Below, piece after piece: positions 21,819 to 31,855 of a stretch of DNA of 64,000 nt. The position numbers and the translations under genes were made by a program. The notes beneath the pieces are model-generated. The model was not told the origin of the DNA, did no database searches, and was given only the letters and a program-made list of their open reading frames with translations. Each line of letters begins with the position of its first letter. Within the stretch, counting starts at the first letter, position 1. Location of the stretch: the IMG/VR virus record IMGVR_UViG_3300043436_004687, positions 275,636-339,635 of that record. The stretch is one strand, 5' to 3'.

Positions 21819-22214
21819 TTATTTATTAAAAAATTGTATAATACAACCATTTTGATTAATATTGTAATTTTGGTTTAATATGGTTGTGTTATTGCTTTTG
21901 ATTAGTATTGAATTCGTACTAGGTGTATTGTTAGTTATTTTTACTTCAAAATAACCTCTTTTTAATAAGGAAACATTTATATTCCTTTGAGTTGTTTTCA
22001 ATAGTGTATCGGGTGTAATTCCGTTATAATCAATTAAGATTAAACTGCTATTGGTTGCACCTTGCCAATTGATTTGGTTTTGTGTAAATTCGGCTTTCGG
22101 TGGTTCGTTTTTAATGTTAACATTTTCGTTATCAGCTGTACAACTTGCCAATAGAAAGATTAACGAAAATGCAACTAATTTCATTATCGACAAAGTAAAG
22201 AATAATTTTTTCAT
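21819..22214 (-). CDS. predicted lipoprotein
   Basis: Signal peptide with lipobox LLASC. Confidence 0.65.
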   Translation of the reverse strand: MKKLFFTLSIMKLVAFSLIFLLASCTADNENVNIKNEPPKAEFTQNQINWQGATNSSLILIDYNGITPDTLLKTTQRNINVSLLKRGYFEVKITNNTPSTNSILIKSNNTTILNQNYNINQNGCIIQFFNK

Positions 22215-22981
22215 AATATGTATTTTTAATGGTTAATACCTCAACAAAGATATAAATTAATATTTTAATATGCAAACTATTTTAGATAATTTTTTTCATA
22301 AATATCAAATTGTCCTACAATTGATAATAAGCCGTTTTCATCATTTAAAGTATCTTTGGTAATGATTTTACCATCCTTTGATTGATATTGAGTCAAAACG
22401 CCTTTAAATTGCTTTATATAATCTATTTCGTTTTCAAATAACCATAAATCATATTCGGGGTTTGTTGGGTGTTGTAATTCGGTTTTAAATCTATATCCGT
22501 GTTGAGTATATTTAACCTCAACAATTAGAGTAGATTTTCCGTTGTATTGTGGATAATGACAATTTTTAATAACTACCCTTTCATTTTTATAATCGTATGG
22601 TGTCATATTATTTTGTTATTGGGGTGTAAATGTTGCTATTCATTGCAATTCTGTGAGTTTCTTGTGTTGCGTGGTCAAAAAATTGTAAGTAACCATTATG
22701 TTTATTACTTAACAATTGACAATTTTTATAGGTTGTTGGTGGAAAACCATAACTAGGGTTTATATCTTGTGTTACATCAGCAAAATAGGGCATGAATTTA
22801 TTGTTAACATCAATTGCATCCTTTGGTGGGTTGCTTGAATATTCCCACAATCTTGATTGAAATGCTAATTTGCCATTAGTATCAAAAAATTTACCATCCT
22901 TTTCAAATATGTTTGGCATTGGTTCTTTTGTATATAATACTTGACCAATTAAATCGAATTTTACTATTTTGAATACCATAA

Positions 22982-23083
22982 TTATATTTGAATTAAGGTT
23001 AAAACTATTAATGATAAGAATGTAAGCAAAGCAATGTTTACTTTAGTTTGAATTTCTTTTGATGCTTTTTTAGTTGTTGCCAT
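22982..23083 (-). CDS. small membrane peptide (33 aa)
   Basis: MATTKKASKEIQTKVNIALLTFLSLIVLTLIQI directly behind the promoter repeat at 23101. Confidence 0.6.
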   Translation of the reverse strand: MATTKKASKEIQTKVNIALLTFLSLIVLTLIQI

Positions 23084-23175
23084 CGTTATAATAATGTTTG
23101 TTGATTAATACACTACAAAGATATAAAATAATATTTACTTATCCTAATAAAATGTGTTAAAATTTTCAACCTTAT

Positions 23176-23240
23176 AAAAAAAATATAAGGTTGGTTGGAG
23201 TCTACGTCTCAACTTTTCTCGTTTGCTTTGTATTACTATG
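23176..23240 (-). ncRNA. putative small RNA, GTRGACTCC family, copy B
   Basis: TTTG (23269-72) N20 TACCTTTA (23241-48), then ...TACAAAGCAAACGAGAAAAGTTGAGACGTAGACTCCAACCAACCTTATA-T8. Confidence 0.6.
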
Positions 23241-23297
23241 TAAAGGTACAACAAAGGATCCATATATGCAAATAAAAAGTGTTAAATTTTTACAAAT

Positions 23298-23735
23298 AAA
23301 AAACCCTATTCACTCTGAAGTTTGGAATAGGGTTTTTAAAAACAAATGTTAGTATTAATCAGATAAAACATTCGATTTTAAAAATAGGGAATAGTTTTCT
23401 CACCCTATTATGATTGAAACTTTAATATCATCCGACAATGGCGCACATATTGGCAAATCGGAATTAAATCAATCTTTGACAAAACCACCTATCTAGTTTT
23501 TATCTTCTCTTTGAGCCGTGTGAAATCAGTTAATATAAAACGGCATTTGATAGGAATTTAAAATAAACCATTGTGTTAAGTTGCGTACACTACTACTTGC
23601 AATATTAATAAGATTTTAAACACTTGTAATCCTAGTCTTCTTTATGGTTTATTATTTTTTAAAATGAAAGGTAAGTCTTGATGTCTTACGTTAATTCGTT
23701 TTATGATGGCTTGCTTACAACCCTCTCATTTCTTT
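23298..23735 (-). ncRNA. putative ~430-nt structured non-coding RNA
   Basis: Own promoter (TTTG 23766-69, TACCTTTG 23738-45); only very short ATG-started frames; five consecutive stem-closed domains; ends at a terminator. Confidence 0.55.
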
Positions 23736-23917
23736 TACAAAGGTAATTCTTTTATTTTAAACTACCAAATATTTTTTGTTAAATTTTCAATAAAGTTTTA
23801 CATTCTAAACCAAATGAATTGTTTATAAAAACCTCTTTCATTTGATATTTTCTACCATTCTTTAATTGGAATTTATCCAATGCGTCTTGACTTTTAAATT
23901 CTTTTATGAATGTCATA

Positions 23918-24834
23918 TTAAATAAATTTTCGTATGTTGTCAGCCTCTTTTTTATATTCAGAAGTTTTGATTTTATATTCTGAACATACGTCTTCTAAAA
24001 TTGTCAAAGCCAACAAAGAATTATGTTTTAAGAATTCGCTATCTGAACCAATAGCACCGCTATTTAAAGCACGTTCTAATTTCTTGAATGCGTTTTCTTC
24101 AATATCTTTTAACATTTGTTTTACTCTTACTTTGGAGTATCTTAATGCAGTTTTTTTAGTATTGTCCATAATGTATTTTGATTAATATTTCTTTAGCAAA
24201 GATATGAATTAATATTTAAACTACCAAATAAAAAATGTTAAAGTTTTCTATAATCAAAATTAATAAGGGAATTGCCTCTTGCTCTCTTTTGAATCATTGG
24301 TAAAAATCCAGCACTAAAATAAGGATATTGCCTTTCTAATTCTTTGAATTTTTTTGTACGTCTATCTAACTTTTCAATTACAATATGTACCTTTAATTCA
24401 AAATAATCAAATATGTTAACATTCAAATCAGCAATTTCCTGGCTTTCAAACATTGTACTATTGCATTGTCTATTGGTAAGATTTTCTTTTGCGTTAAGCA
24501 TAATAAATGTATCTCTACCTATCTGAACTAAACTAAATACTTTTTTCATTTTGTTTTTATTTATTTGATTAATACACTACAAAGATATGAATTTATATTT
24601 TAATATCCTAACAAATTATGATAAACTTTTAGCGCAAAAGCTTTCTTTTACATCTTCAAAGTTTCTTTCAATTAATTCTATAGTTACATTTAAAATATAA
24701 CGTTCATCCGTTTCTTTGTTTCCACATCTTAACCAAGTTGAAACATTTTCAGCATCAATCGCAACTATAAATAAATCCCAATTAATACCACTACTAAATG
24801 TAATTTGTAATCTATATTTATGTGCTTTTTTCAT
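23918..24834 (-). other. three single-gene cassettes (23918..24169, 24238..24549, 24616..24834), hypothetical proteins
   Basis: Each ORF is preceded by its own promoter repeat. Confidence 0.7.
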
Positions 24835-24971
24835 TTTGTTTTTTATTATCTTGATTAATACACTACAAAGATATGAATTAATATCTTATAAAACAAATAA
24901 ATTATCATTTATTTTTATTTGAAATTTTAACACTTTTTATTTGGTGGTTTAAAATATATTTTGTACCTTTG

Positions 24972-25055
24972 TTATGTTGAAAGATACAAACAAAGAAAGT
25001 AATGAAAATTATTGATACGTAGACTCCGTCACACCCATATATGAAATATTTTTTT
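24972..25055 (+). ncRNA. putative small RNA, GTRGACTCC family, copy C
   Basis: TTTG (24940-43) N20 TACCTTTG (24964-71); GTAGACTCC at 25019-27; T-run 25049-55; terminator at 25064-96. Confidence 0.55.
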
Positions 25056-25575
25056 AAAAGCATAAAAAATCCGTATTATAATAATACGGATTTTTAAATA
25101 TAATTTAGTATGTAAAATTTCTCGTTCTACCTAAAAGAGTATAACGGCTTTTATCGCCTAAATAAGTCAATTGTACATTAACAACCATTCTTACAATATC
25201 CTCAAAACTTCCACTAGTAAAAGAAACATCTTTCAAACTACCAATTGAAAATTTAACCTTGATAGTTAACACTTCGCAATATTCGGTTTTAGTTGCTTTG
25301 ATTGTATATTTTACATTCAATTCTTTTAAATAGTCTTTAACGTTTCCATTGTACTGAAGTGTTTTACTTCCCATATTCCACCAATGGATTAATAAATTTG
25401 ACTTTAAAATTCTTTCTATTTCTCTTTTGTTGTATGGTTCCATAATATTTTTATGTTATTTGATTAATACACTACAAAGATATAAAATAATATTTACATA
25501 CGCAAATAAAAATGCAAAAAAAAATCCATTATTTTCATAATGGATTTTTAGACGTTTTAAGCAACGTTATTAGAT

Positions 25576-26130
25576 TTAATGACTACTAACTCTAAATGGT
25601 TGGAAATCTTTAACCTCAAAGCTTTTAATTGCATCCACATCCAATTTAACTTCATTGAATAAATTCAATGTTGGATTGTTTGCACCCTCAACCATTTTTT
25701 TAACGCTTGCATCATACAAAGGAATCAAGTCTTCAACCTTAGCACCGCAATAGATAACATTTGCTTTCATATCTAGCTTAGACATTGCAATATATGTAAC
25801 ATACAAATATTTAATTTCATCTTGACTAAACAAATCGAAATTTTCAGCTAAAAAATCACTTGCTCGGTTTAATTCTTTTGCACCATTCAAAGAAAATGCA
25901 GTAGTTTTAATATGATTGTTTTCATCATAGAATCTAACTAAAAATTGAGAATAGGTAGATTTTTTAGGTTTGTTTTTTAATCCAGTTTTTGGATTGATAG
26001 TTTGCGTTACGTGACGATAACCCTTCTTTTTATCGAATTCAATTGAATCAAACAAAGTAGTTCTAGCTGTGTAACCATAAGGATAATTTTCTACTTCTAC
26101 TACTTCTGATGTTGGGATAAATTTTCTCAT
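25576..26130 (-). CDS. conserved phage protein (VENYPYG...TINPKTG motif)
   Basis: 184-aa ORF with its own promoter (26146) and terminator (~25518-25548). Confidence 0.7.
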   Translation of the reverse strand: MRKFIPTSEVVEVENYPYGYTARTTLFDSIEFDKKKGYRHVTQTINPKTGLKNKPKKSTYSQFLVRFYDENNHIKTTAFSLNGAKELNRASDFLAENFDLFSQDEIKYLYVTYIAMSKLDMKANVIYCGAKVEDLIPLYDASVKKMVEGANNPTLNLFNEVKLDVDAIKSFEVKDFQPFRVSSH

Positions 26131-26554
26131 TTTGTTTTATGTTATTTGATTAATACACTACAAAGATATAAATTAATATTTACTTATGCAAATTTATTTT
26201 GAATTAATTTTGATATTTGAATGAATAAAATAATTGTTATTATCTTTCAATCTCAATTTTCTCAATTTCATAATACAAATATTTGGAATATCTGAAATGT
26301 GGATAATTTTATAATGATTGTTATTAATTCGTTTTAATAATAAAGTAGGGTTTGGATTAAATATTTCATTAATTGAATTGAAAGAACCATTTGGAATACC
26401 TACAAAAATATGTGAATTTTTAAATTTTCTCATTTGAATTATGTTCTTGATTAATACACTACAAAGATATAAAATAAAATGTTACAATCCTAATAAAAAA
26501 ATGAATTATTTTTTATTTAAAATTTGTGTATATGGATTTTTATTTGTACCTTTG

Positions 26555-26637
26555 TAGTGTTGGTAGTGAAAACTGAAACGGGTTACTAATCAAAAATTAG
26601 TCAGAGGGTGGACTCCGACCTACCTTATATTTTTTTT
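26555..26637 (+). ncRNA. putative small RNA, GTRGACTCC family, copy D
   Basis: TTTG (26523-26) N20 TACCTTTG (26547-54); TAGTGTTGGT...GGGTGGACTCCGACCTACCTTATA-T8; terminator at 26654-87. Confidence 0.65.
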
Positions 26638-26779
26638 AAAAAAAACTGAAGACAAAAAAACCATATAAATTTCTTATATGGTTTTTTAATTTATTATTTT
26701 CGATCTCTATTTTATTAAGTATATATTATTTATAGTTACCTATTCGGGTGGTGCTTTATTTCTATCCATCTTTAAATTA

Positions 26780-27825
26780 TTAATCAGCGTTCAAAACTTC
26801 TAAATTGTAACCAATGTTTTCTAATTCGTTAAACAAATCTTTGTATTGTTCTTTGGTTGCATCCTTGCAATTGTTTTTGATAAAATCAGAATGACAAATT
26901 GAGTGTTGCCCTAAATTAGCATAACAATCAAATCCATTATCTTTATTTGGCATTTCTGGGAATACTGCCAAAACCTCGCTAAATGGTTGTTCATCCAATT
27001 CACTTGGTGTATATGTAGCAATGTAAAATTGTACTTTGGTAATTTCTGTATCTTTTTTCATTTTGTTTTTATTTATTTGATTAATACACTACAAAGATAT
27101 GAATTTATATTTTAATATCCTAATAAAATATCAATTATTTTCTAAAACCATTTAAAAGTTCATCTAGTAAAATATAACCTACTCCGATAAATGGTAAACC
27201 GCTATTTGGTTCGTAGTTATAATTGTATTGTAGTCTAATTTGCAATTCATTATTTTTATCTAATAAGAAATTTTGAAATCTACTAAATCCAGTAATTGAT
27301 TTTTTAAGAATTTCGTTTACTTCTTTATCAGCTTTTTTTTCTTCATCTGTAAAATCACTTCTTTTTATTCCTTCATAACCTTTATTTTGAAGTGTTAATG
27401 ATGGAAAATTTTTATAAATTTCTAATAAAGTTGAATGTTGCTCCTTAGTTAATAAATTGATTTTCATAATGATTTTATTTATCTTGATTAATACACTACA
27501 AAGATATAAATTAATATTTAGATATACAAATTTATTTTACTTTATTTTCACTATATAATTTTTTCGCTTTATATTGATAACTACCAAAAGAAACAATATG
27601 TTTTTCTACTAAATTATGAATAGTTGCATTATTACTTTCACAAGCTTTTGACAACCTACCTATAAAAACCTTATAAGTTAAAGCACCATTATTAAAATCC
27701 TCAATTGATTTTCTTGCTTTCCAATAGTTTTGATTTTCAGTAGTTCCGTGATTTTCATTTGGAAAAAATCTACTAGTTACTTCCGTAGCCACCTTATTGA
27801 AAAAATCTTCTGTTGTATGTATCAT
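26780..27825 (-). other. three single-gene cassettes (26780..27061, 27135..27467, 27532..27825), hypothetical proteins
   Basis: Each has its own promoter repeat; the first carries a common phage motif AVFPE...CYANLGQHS. Confidence 0.7.
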
Positions 27826-27972
27826 AATATTTTATTTATCTTGATTAATATGATACAAAGATATAAAATAATATTTTAATATTCTAATAAAATATGTTAA
27901 AATTTAATCATAAAATATTTTAAAAATAATTGTATTTTTATTTGGTAGTTTAAAATAATTGTCGTACCTTTG

Positions 27973-28056
27973 TAGTGTTGGTGGTGATAACCGAAACAGG
28001 CTCCTACAATTCTTTTGCGGGCGGAGGGTGGACTCCGACCTACCTTATATTTTTTT
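27973..28056 (+). ncRNA. putative small RNA, GTRGACTCC family, copy E
   Basis: TTTG (27941-44) N20 TACCTTTG (27965-72); TAGTGTTGGT...GGGTGGACTCCGACCTACCTTATA-T7; terminator at 28074-28104. Confidence 0.65.
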
Positions 28057-28121
28057 AAAAAAAAAGATATAAAAAAATTCCATATATTAACTATATGGAA
28101 TTTTCAAAACCAAACCAAAAC

Positions 28122-29731
28122 CTATTTAACCAATCTTAAAAAATCATCCAATTTACTACCACATCTTAAAGTAATTTTTTCGTAAACATGACCATTGTCC
28201 CCAATCTCAAAAAAGTATTCAACGTCTTCAGTTCTCAAGCTACCCTTTTTACCACCTTTAACGCTATTGTGAACCTCTAAACCAGTGTTTTGTATTCTAG
28301 TTAAAAACGCATTTGTTTTTTCATCAATTTCGTTTTGTTCAATGTTTTTTAAAACCTCAACCGCTTGCAAATAACTTAACCAATCATCCATTTTTTTAAT
28401 GGTTGGTTTACCTACTTTGTTAGGCATAACTAAATCGTGCTTTATATCAGTTTTTGAACCATTAAGTAAAGAAAACTCGAAACTAGTTTCGTTGTAACGC
28501 TTAAATGGTCTTAACAAAATACCTTTAAACTCAACATATACATCAATAATATCGTGGTAATTTTTTATTTGTTCAATATCATTTTTAACATCTAAATAAG
28601 GAATAATTTTTACAATCCCTTCAAAGTGTTTTAAACTATCTAATTTTTCTTTTAAATATTTTTCACTATATTCAGTTAAAATGTAACCTTCTTTTTTTGC
28701 TTGCTCTAATGTAATTTGATTTTTCATAATTAAATAATGTTTGTTGATTAATACATAGCAAAGATATAAATTAATATTTACATATACAAATAAAATATGT
28801 TAAAATTTCAAATTAATCTATACCCCAACCACATTCGTCATACTCATTACTATTTTTGCAAATATAACAAGCAATTACATTAATAATTTCATTTAAAAAT
28901 AACATAGCATTTTCTTCTAATTCTGTCAAATTTCTAATATCAGTTATATGCTCAACTTCAATTTGATAATCTAAACATTGTAATTGTTTAAATAAATTAA
29001 TTGGACTCAATTTAAAAATAGGAGTTTTTTCAAAAACTTGTAAATTTTCCTTTGCAATTTCAGCATCTAAAACACCCTCGTAATGATGCTTATATTGAAG
29101 TGTAACTGCCAATACATTAATTTTTCTTAACTCATCAACAATCAAATCAATTTCATTTTGCCAATCATTTTTTTTGTTGACAATGTTTTCAAATTTTTCT
29201 TTCAATTCATAAGGCAAATAAAAATTAGATTTTGAAATTAATACTTTCAATGATTCAGCAATTGAATTAAAATGTTTCGGACTGCAAATGTAACTAGACA
29301 TAATATTTTATTTTTATTGATTAATACCTTACAAAGATATAAAATAATATCTTAATAAACAAACTTTAAATGTTAAATTTTTGAAATTTCACTTGGACTT
29401 AATCTAACATCTTTTTTACAATCAGTAGTACCATATACAAACGAACCTCTTTTCATTGGATATGGTGGAAATGATTTAATAACAAATTCAGTACCCATTG
29501 CAATTTTTTCTTTATAGTCAAAACTCTCTACTAAAGTTTTACATCTATCTCCAACTTTAAAACCTTTATAACTTAACATAATTTAATCGTTTAAATGTTC
29601 AAATACATCGTTGGTACTCATTCCCATAGTACGAGGAAAATTAATATATTGTAAGTCATTATTTTCATCAATATAACTAAATATATCGTTAACCTCATTA
29701 CTTCTCACAAATTGAATATTACTTGCTTTCA
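28122..29731 (-). other. cassettes 28122..28727, 28813..29301, 29373..29579 and 29583..29731, hypothetical proteins
   Basis: Promoter repeats at ~28744, 29317 and 29746; likely start of the last ORF is MKASNIQF. Confidence 0.65.
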
Positions 29732-29877
29732 TTTTTTTATCTTTATTGATTAATACACTACAAAGATATAAATAAAATTCCATATAAACAAATAAATTAA
29801 TATCTTTTTTACAATAAAAATAATTTGAAATTTTAACACTTTTTATTTGTATATTCAAAAAACAATTTGTACCTTTG

Positions 29878-29956
29878 TAGTGTTGGTAGAGAATATCCCA
29901 AAAGAAAGTAATGAAAATTATTGATACGTAGACTCCAACCTACCTTATATTTTTTT
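29878..29956 (+). ncRNA. putative small RNA, GTRGACTCC family, copy F
   Basis: TTTG (29846-49) N20 TACCTTTG (29870-77); TAGTGTTGGTAGAG...GTAGACTCCAACCTACCTTATA-T7; terminator at 29971-99. Confidence 0.65.
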
Positions 29957-30429
29957 ATAAAGATATAAAAAAATATTCCATACATTATATGGAATATTTA
30001 AAAACATATTAATTAATATATTAATTCTTTTATAAATTTAAAATCCTTATCAAATTTAACTAACTTTTCTTTATTGGTTAAACTATTGATAATACCACAA
30101 TCTAAAGTATAAGAGTTTTTATTTTTGTAAACTCTTGCCTTATGTAAAAATATCTTTGTTTTAGATAATAAACTATCTAAAGCATAATATCTATTTTTTT
30201 CTAAATAGATATGAACATAACCCAATTTTTGCAATCCCTCTTTACTATTATTAGCTTGTACCAAAATAGTGTTTTCTAAATTTGTGAAATACATAATATT
30301 TTACTTTATCGATTAATACACTACAAAGATATAAAATAATATCTTATAAAACAAATAAAAATCAATAAAAAATAAATTAAAAATAATTGCATTTTTATTT
30401 GCATATCTAAAATTTTATTCGTACCTTTG

Positions 30430-30485
30430 TTATATACAAAGCAAGGGAGCAAACCTGAGAAGTAGACTCCACCCTACAATAAACT
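30430..30485 (+). ncRNA. putative small RNA, GTRGACTCC family, copy G (3' end uncertain)
   Basis: TTTG (30398-401) N20 TACCTTTG (30422-29); TACAAAGCAAGGGAGCAAACCTGAGAAGTAGACTCCACCCTAC. Confidence 0.55.
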
Positions 30486-30671
30486 CAACTTATTTATAAC
30501 AAGTCTAAATTATAAAAATTTAACAAAATAAATTTGCATATCTAAAAAACAATTCATACCTTTGCATTTGACTGAATAGTGTACACTCACCCAAAAATGT
30601 AGTGTACACCCAACTCATACAACCATATCACAAAAGTACCCTCTAATGCGGTACAACACAACTATGAAGTA

Positions 30672-30983
30672 ATGCCAAACATAAAAAAACTAAAAGAAGC
30701 ATACAACAAAGCAAGCCAATCAAAAATTGGTGATAAAACAATATGCCCTTCTTGTAACAACTCATTCGAGAAAAAAACATATAACCAAATATTCTGTAAA
30801 GCAAAACCAAATACAACTTGTAAAGACTATTACTGGAATAACATAACACCCAATAAAAGAAATAACAAAACTAGAATATCACCAGCTTCCAAAAGATTCA
30901 TGGCTAATAATATATTATATAATATATTTAACCCCGATGACTATGAACACCCCTTCAGCTCCGATGCTCTAGGACAAGACTAA
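30672..30983 (+). CDS. zinc-finger-like phage protein
   Basis: CPSC...FC...C motif; plus-strand promoter TTTG-N20-TACCTTTG at ~30533-30564. Confidence 0.6.
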   Translation: MPNIKKLKEAYNKASQSKIGDKTICPSCNNSFEKKTYNQIFCKAKPNTTCKDYYWNNITPNKRNNKTRISPASKRFMANNILYNIFNPDDYEHPFSSDALGQD

Positions 30984-31137
30984 AATTATATTTCATAGCA
31001 ATCATGTAAGGTTAAAACTGACTATGCGTATATGAAACATAATATATAAAATATCCCCAAGTACACATTTGTGTTTATAAAATTTAATGTATTGTGTACT
31101 TTATAATTTTTCACTCTATTTATAATAAAAGATTATT

Positions 31138-31647
31138 ATGGGTAGAAATATGGAAGTTAGAAAAAAATATTTAGAAGCTAATAAAGAAAAAATAAAAGAA
31201 CAAAAGAAAATTCGTTATGAAGCTAATAAAGAAAAAATAAAAGAATATCAAAAAAATTATCGTATAAATAATAAAGAAAAAATAAATAATTATTATAAAC
31301 GAAAAAGAAGTGAGGATGAATTGTATAAATTAAAAGGAAATACAAGAAATTTAGTCAAAAATTCACTTAAAGGTTTTTTTAAAAACATATATAGAACAGA
31401 AGAAATCTTAGGTTGTACACTAGAAGATTTTAAATTACACTTAGAATCAAAATTCGAATCATGGATGAATTGGGGTAATTATGGTATCTGTAATGGTGAA
31501 TTAAATTATGGATGGGATATTGACCATGTTATACCAATATCGAGTGCTAAAACATTAGATGACGTATATCGTTTAAATCATTATACTAACCTACAACCAT
31601 TATGTAGTTATACTAATAGATATATAAAAAGGGATAGCTACACATAA
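31138..31647 (+). CDS. HNH endonuclease with basic N-terminal repeats
   Basis: EANKEKIKE repeats; WMNWGNYG...WDIDHVIPIS...NHYTNLQPLC...N. Confidence 0.85.
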   Translation: MGRNMEVRKKYLEANKEKIKEQKKIRYEANKEKIKEYQKNYRINNKEKINNYYKRKRSEDELYKLKGNTRNLVKNSLKGFFKNIYRTEEILGCTLEDFKLHLESKFESWMNWGNYGICNGELNYGWDIDHVIPISSAKTLDDVYRLNHYTNLQPLCSYTNRYIKRDSYT

Positions 31648-31799
31648 CAAAAAATTAATCCTACCCTCATACTTGAGAATAGCATTATAATACCCTTATA
31701 TACCATCGATCCAAATCAATGGACACAAAAGTGTACCTGTAAAAAATAACTAATATCCAAATTTAAAATGTTAAAATTTTCATAAAATATCCGAAGCAA

Positions 31800-31855
31800 T
31801 CAGATTTTTAGATAGATTAAGTTAGATTTAAGATAGTTTTAGATAGATTAGAATA
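31800..31855. repeat. short (T)AGAT(A) tandem repeats in a non-coding stretch
   Basis: TTTTAGATAGATTA occurs twice, with several further AGAT units. Confidence 0.55.

Larger units (their letters stand above)
20321..30340 (-). promoter_or_regulatory. array of near-identical early promoter/leader repeats (Bacteroidota -33/-7 type)
   Basis: Exact 24-mer ttgattaatacactacaaagatat (minus strand ATATCTTTGTAGTGTATTAATCAA) at 20321, 21771, 23101, 24565, 24851, 25460, 26146, 26447, 27077, 27484, 29746; variants at ~20670, 24178, 27841, 28744, 29317, 30310; each ~15-20 nt upstream of an ATG. Confidence 0.9.

Noticed and set aside
26565-28000. Hammerhead ribozyme suggested by CTGAAAC / CCGAAAC in copies D and E
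   Set aside because: The CUGANGA core and three-way helix arrangement are missing
29732-29858. Long N-terminal extensions in the track (29583..29858, 18000..18479, 38489..38920, 41926..42279)
   Set aside because: The extensions read through the promoter repeat; likely starts are the ATGs just downstream of it
20321-30340. CRISPR array reading of the 24-bp repeats or of the GTRGACTCC units
   Set aside because: Repeats are separated by whole genes (0.3-3 kb), match promoter consensus, and no cas genes are present
20749-30485. tRNA genes
   Set aside because: Size is similar, but there is no GTTCRA T-loop, D-loop or 7-bp acceptor stem, and the anticodon-like hairpin is one base out of register
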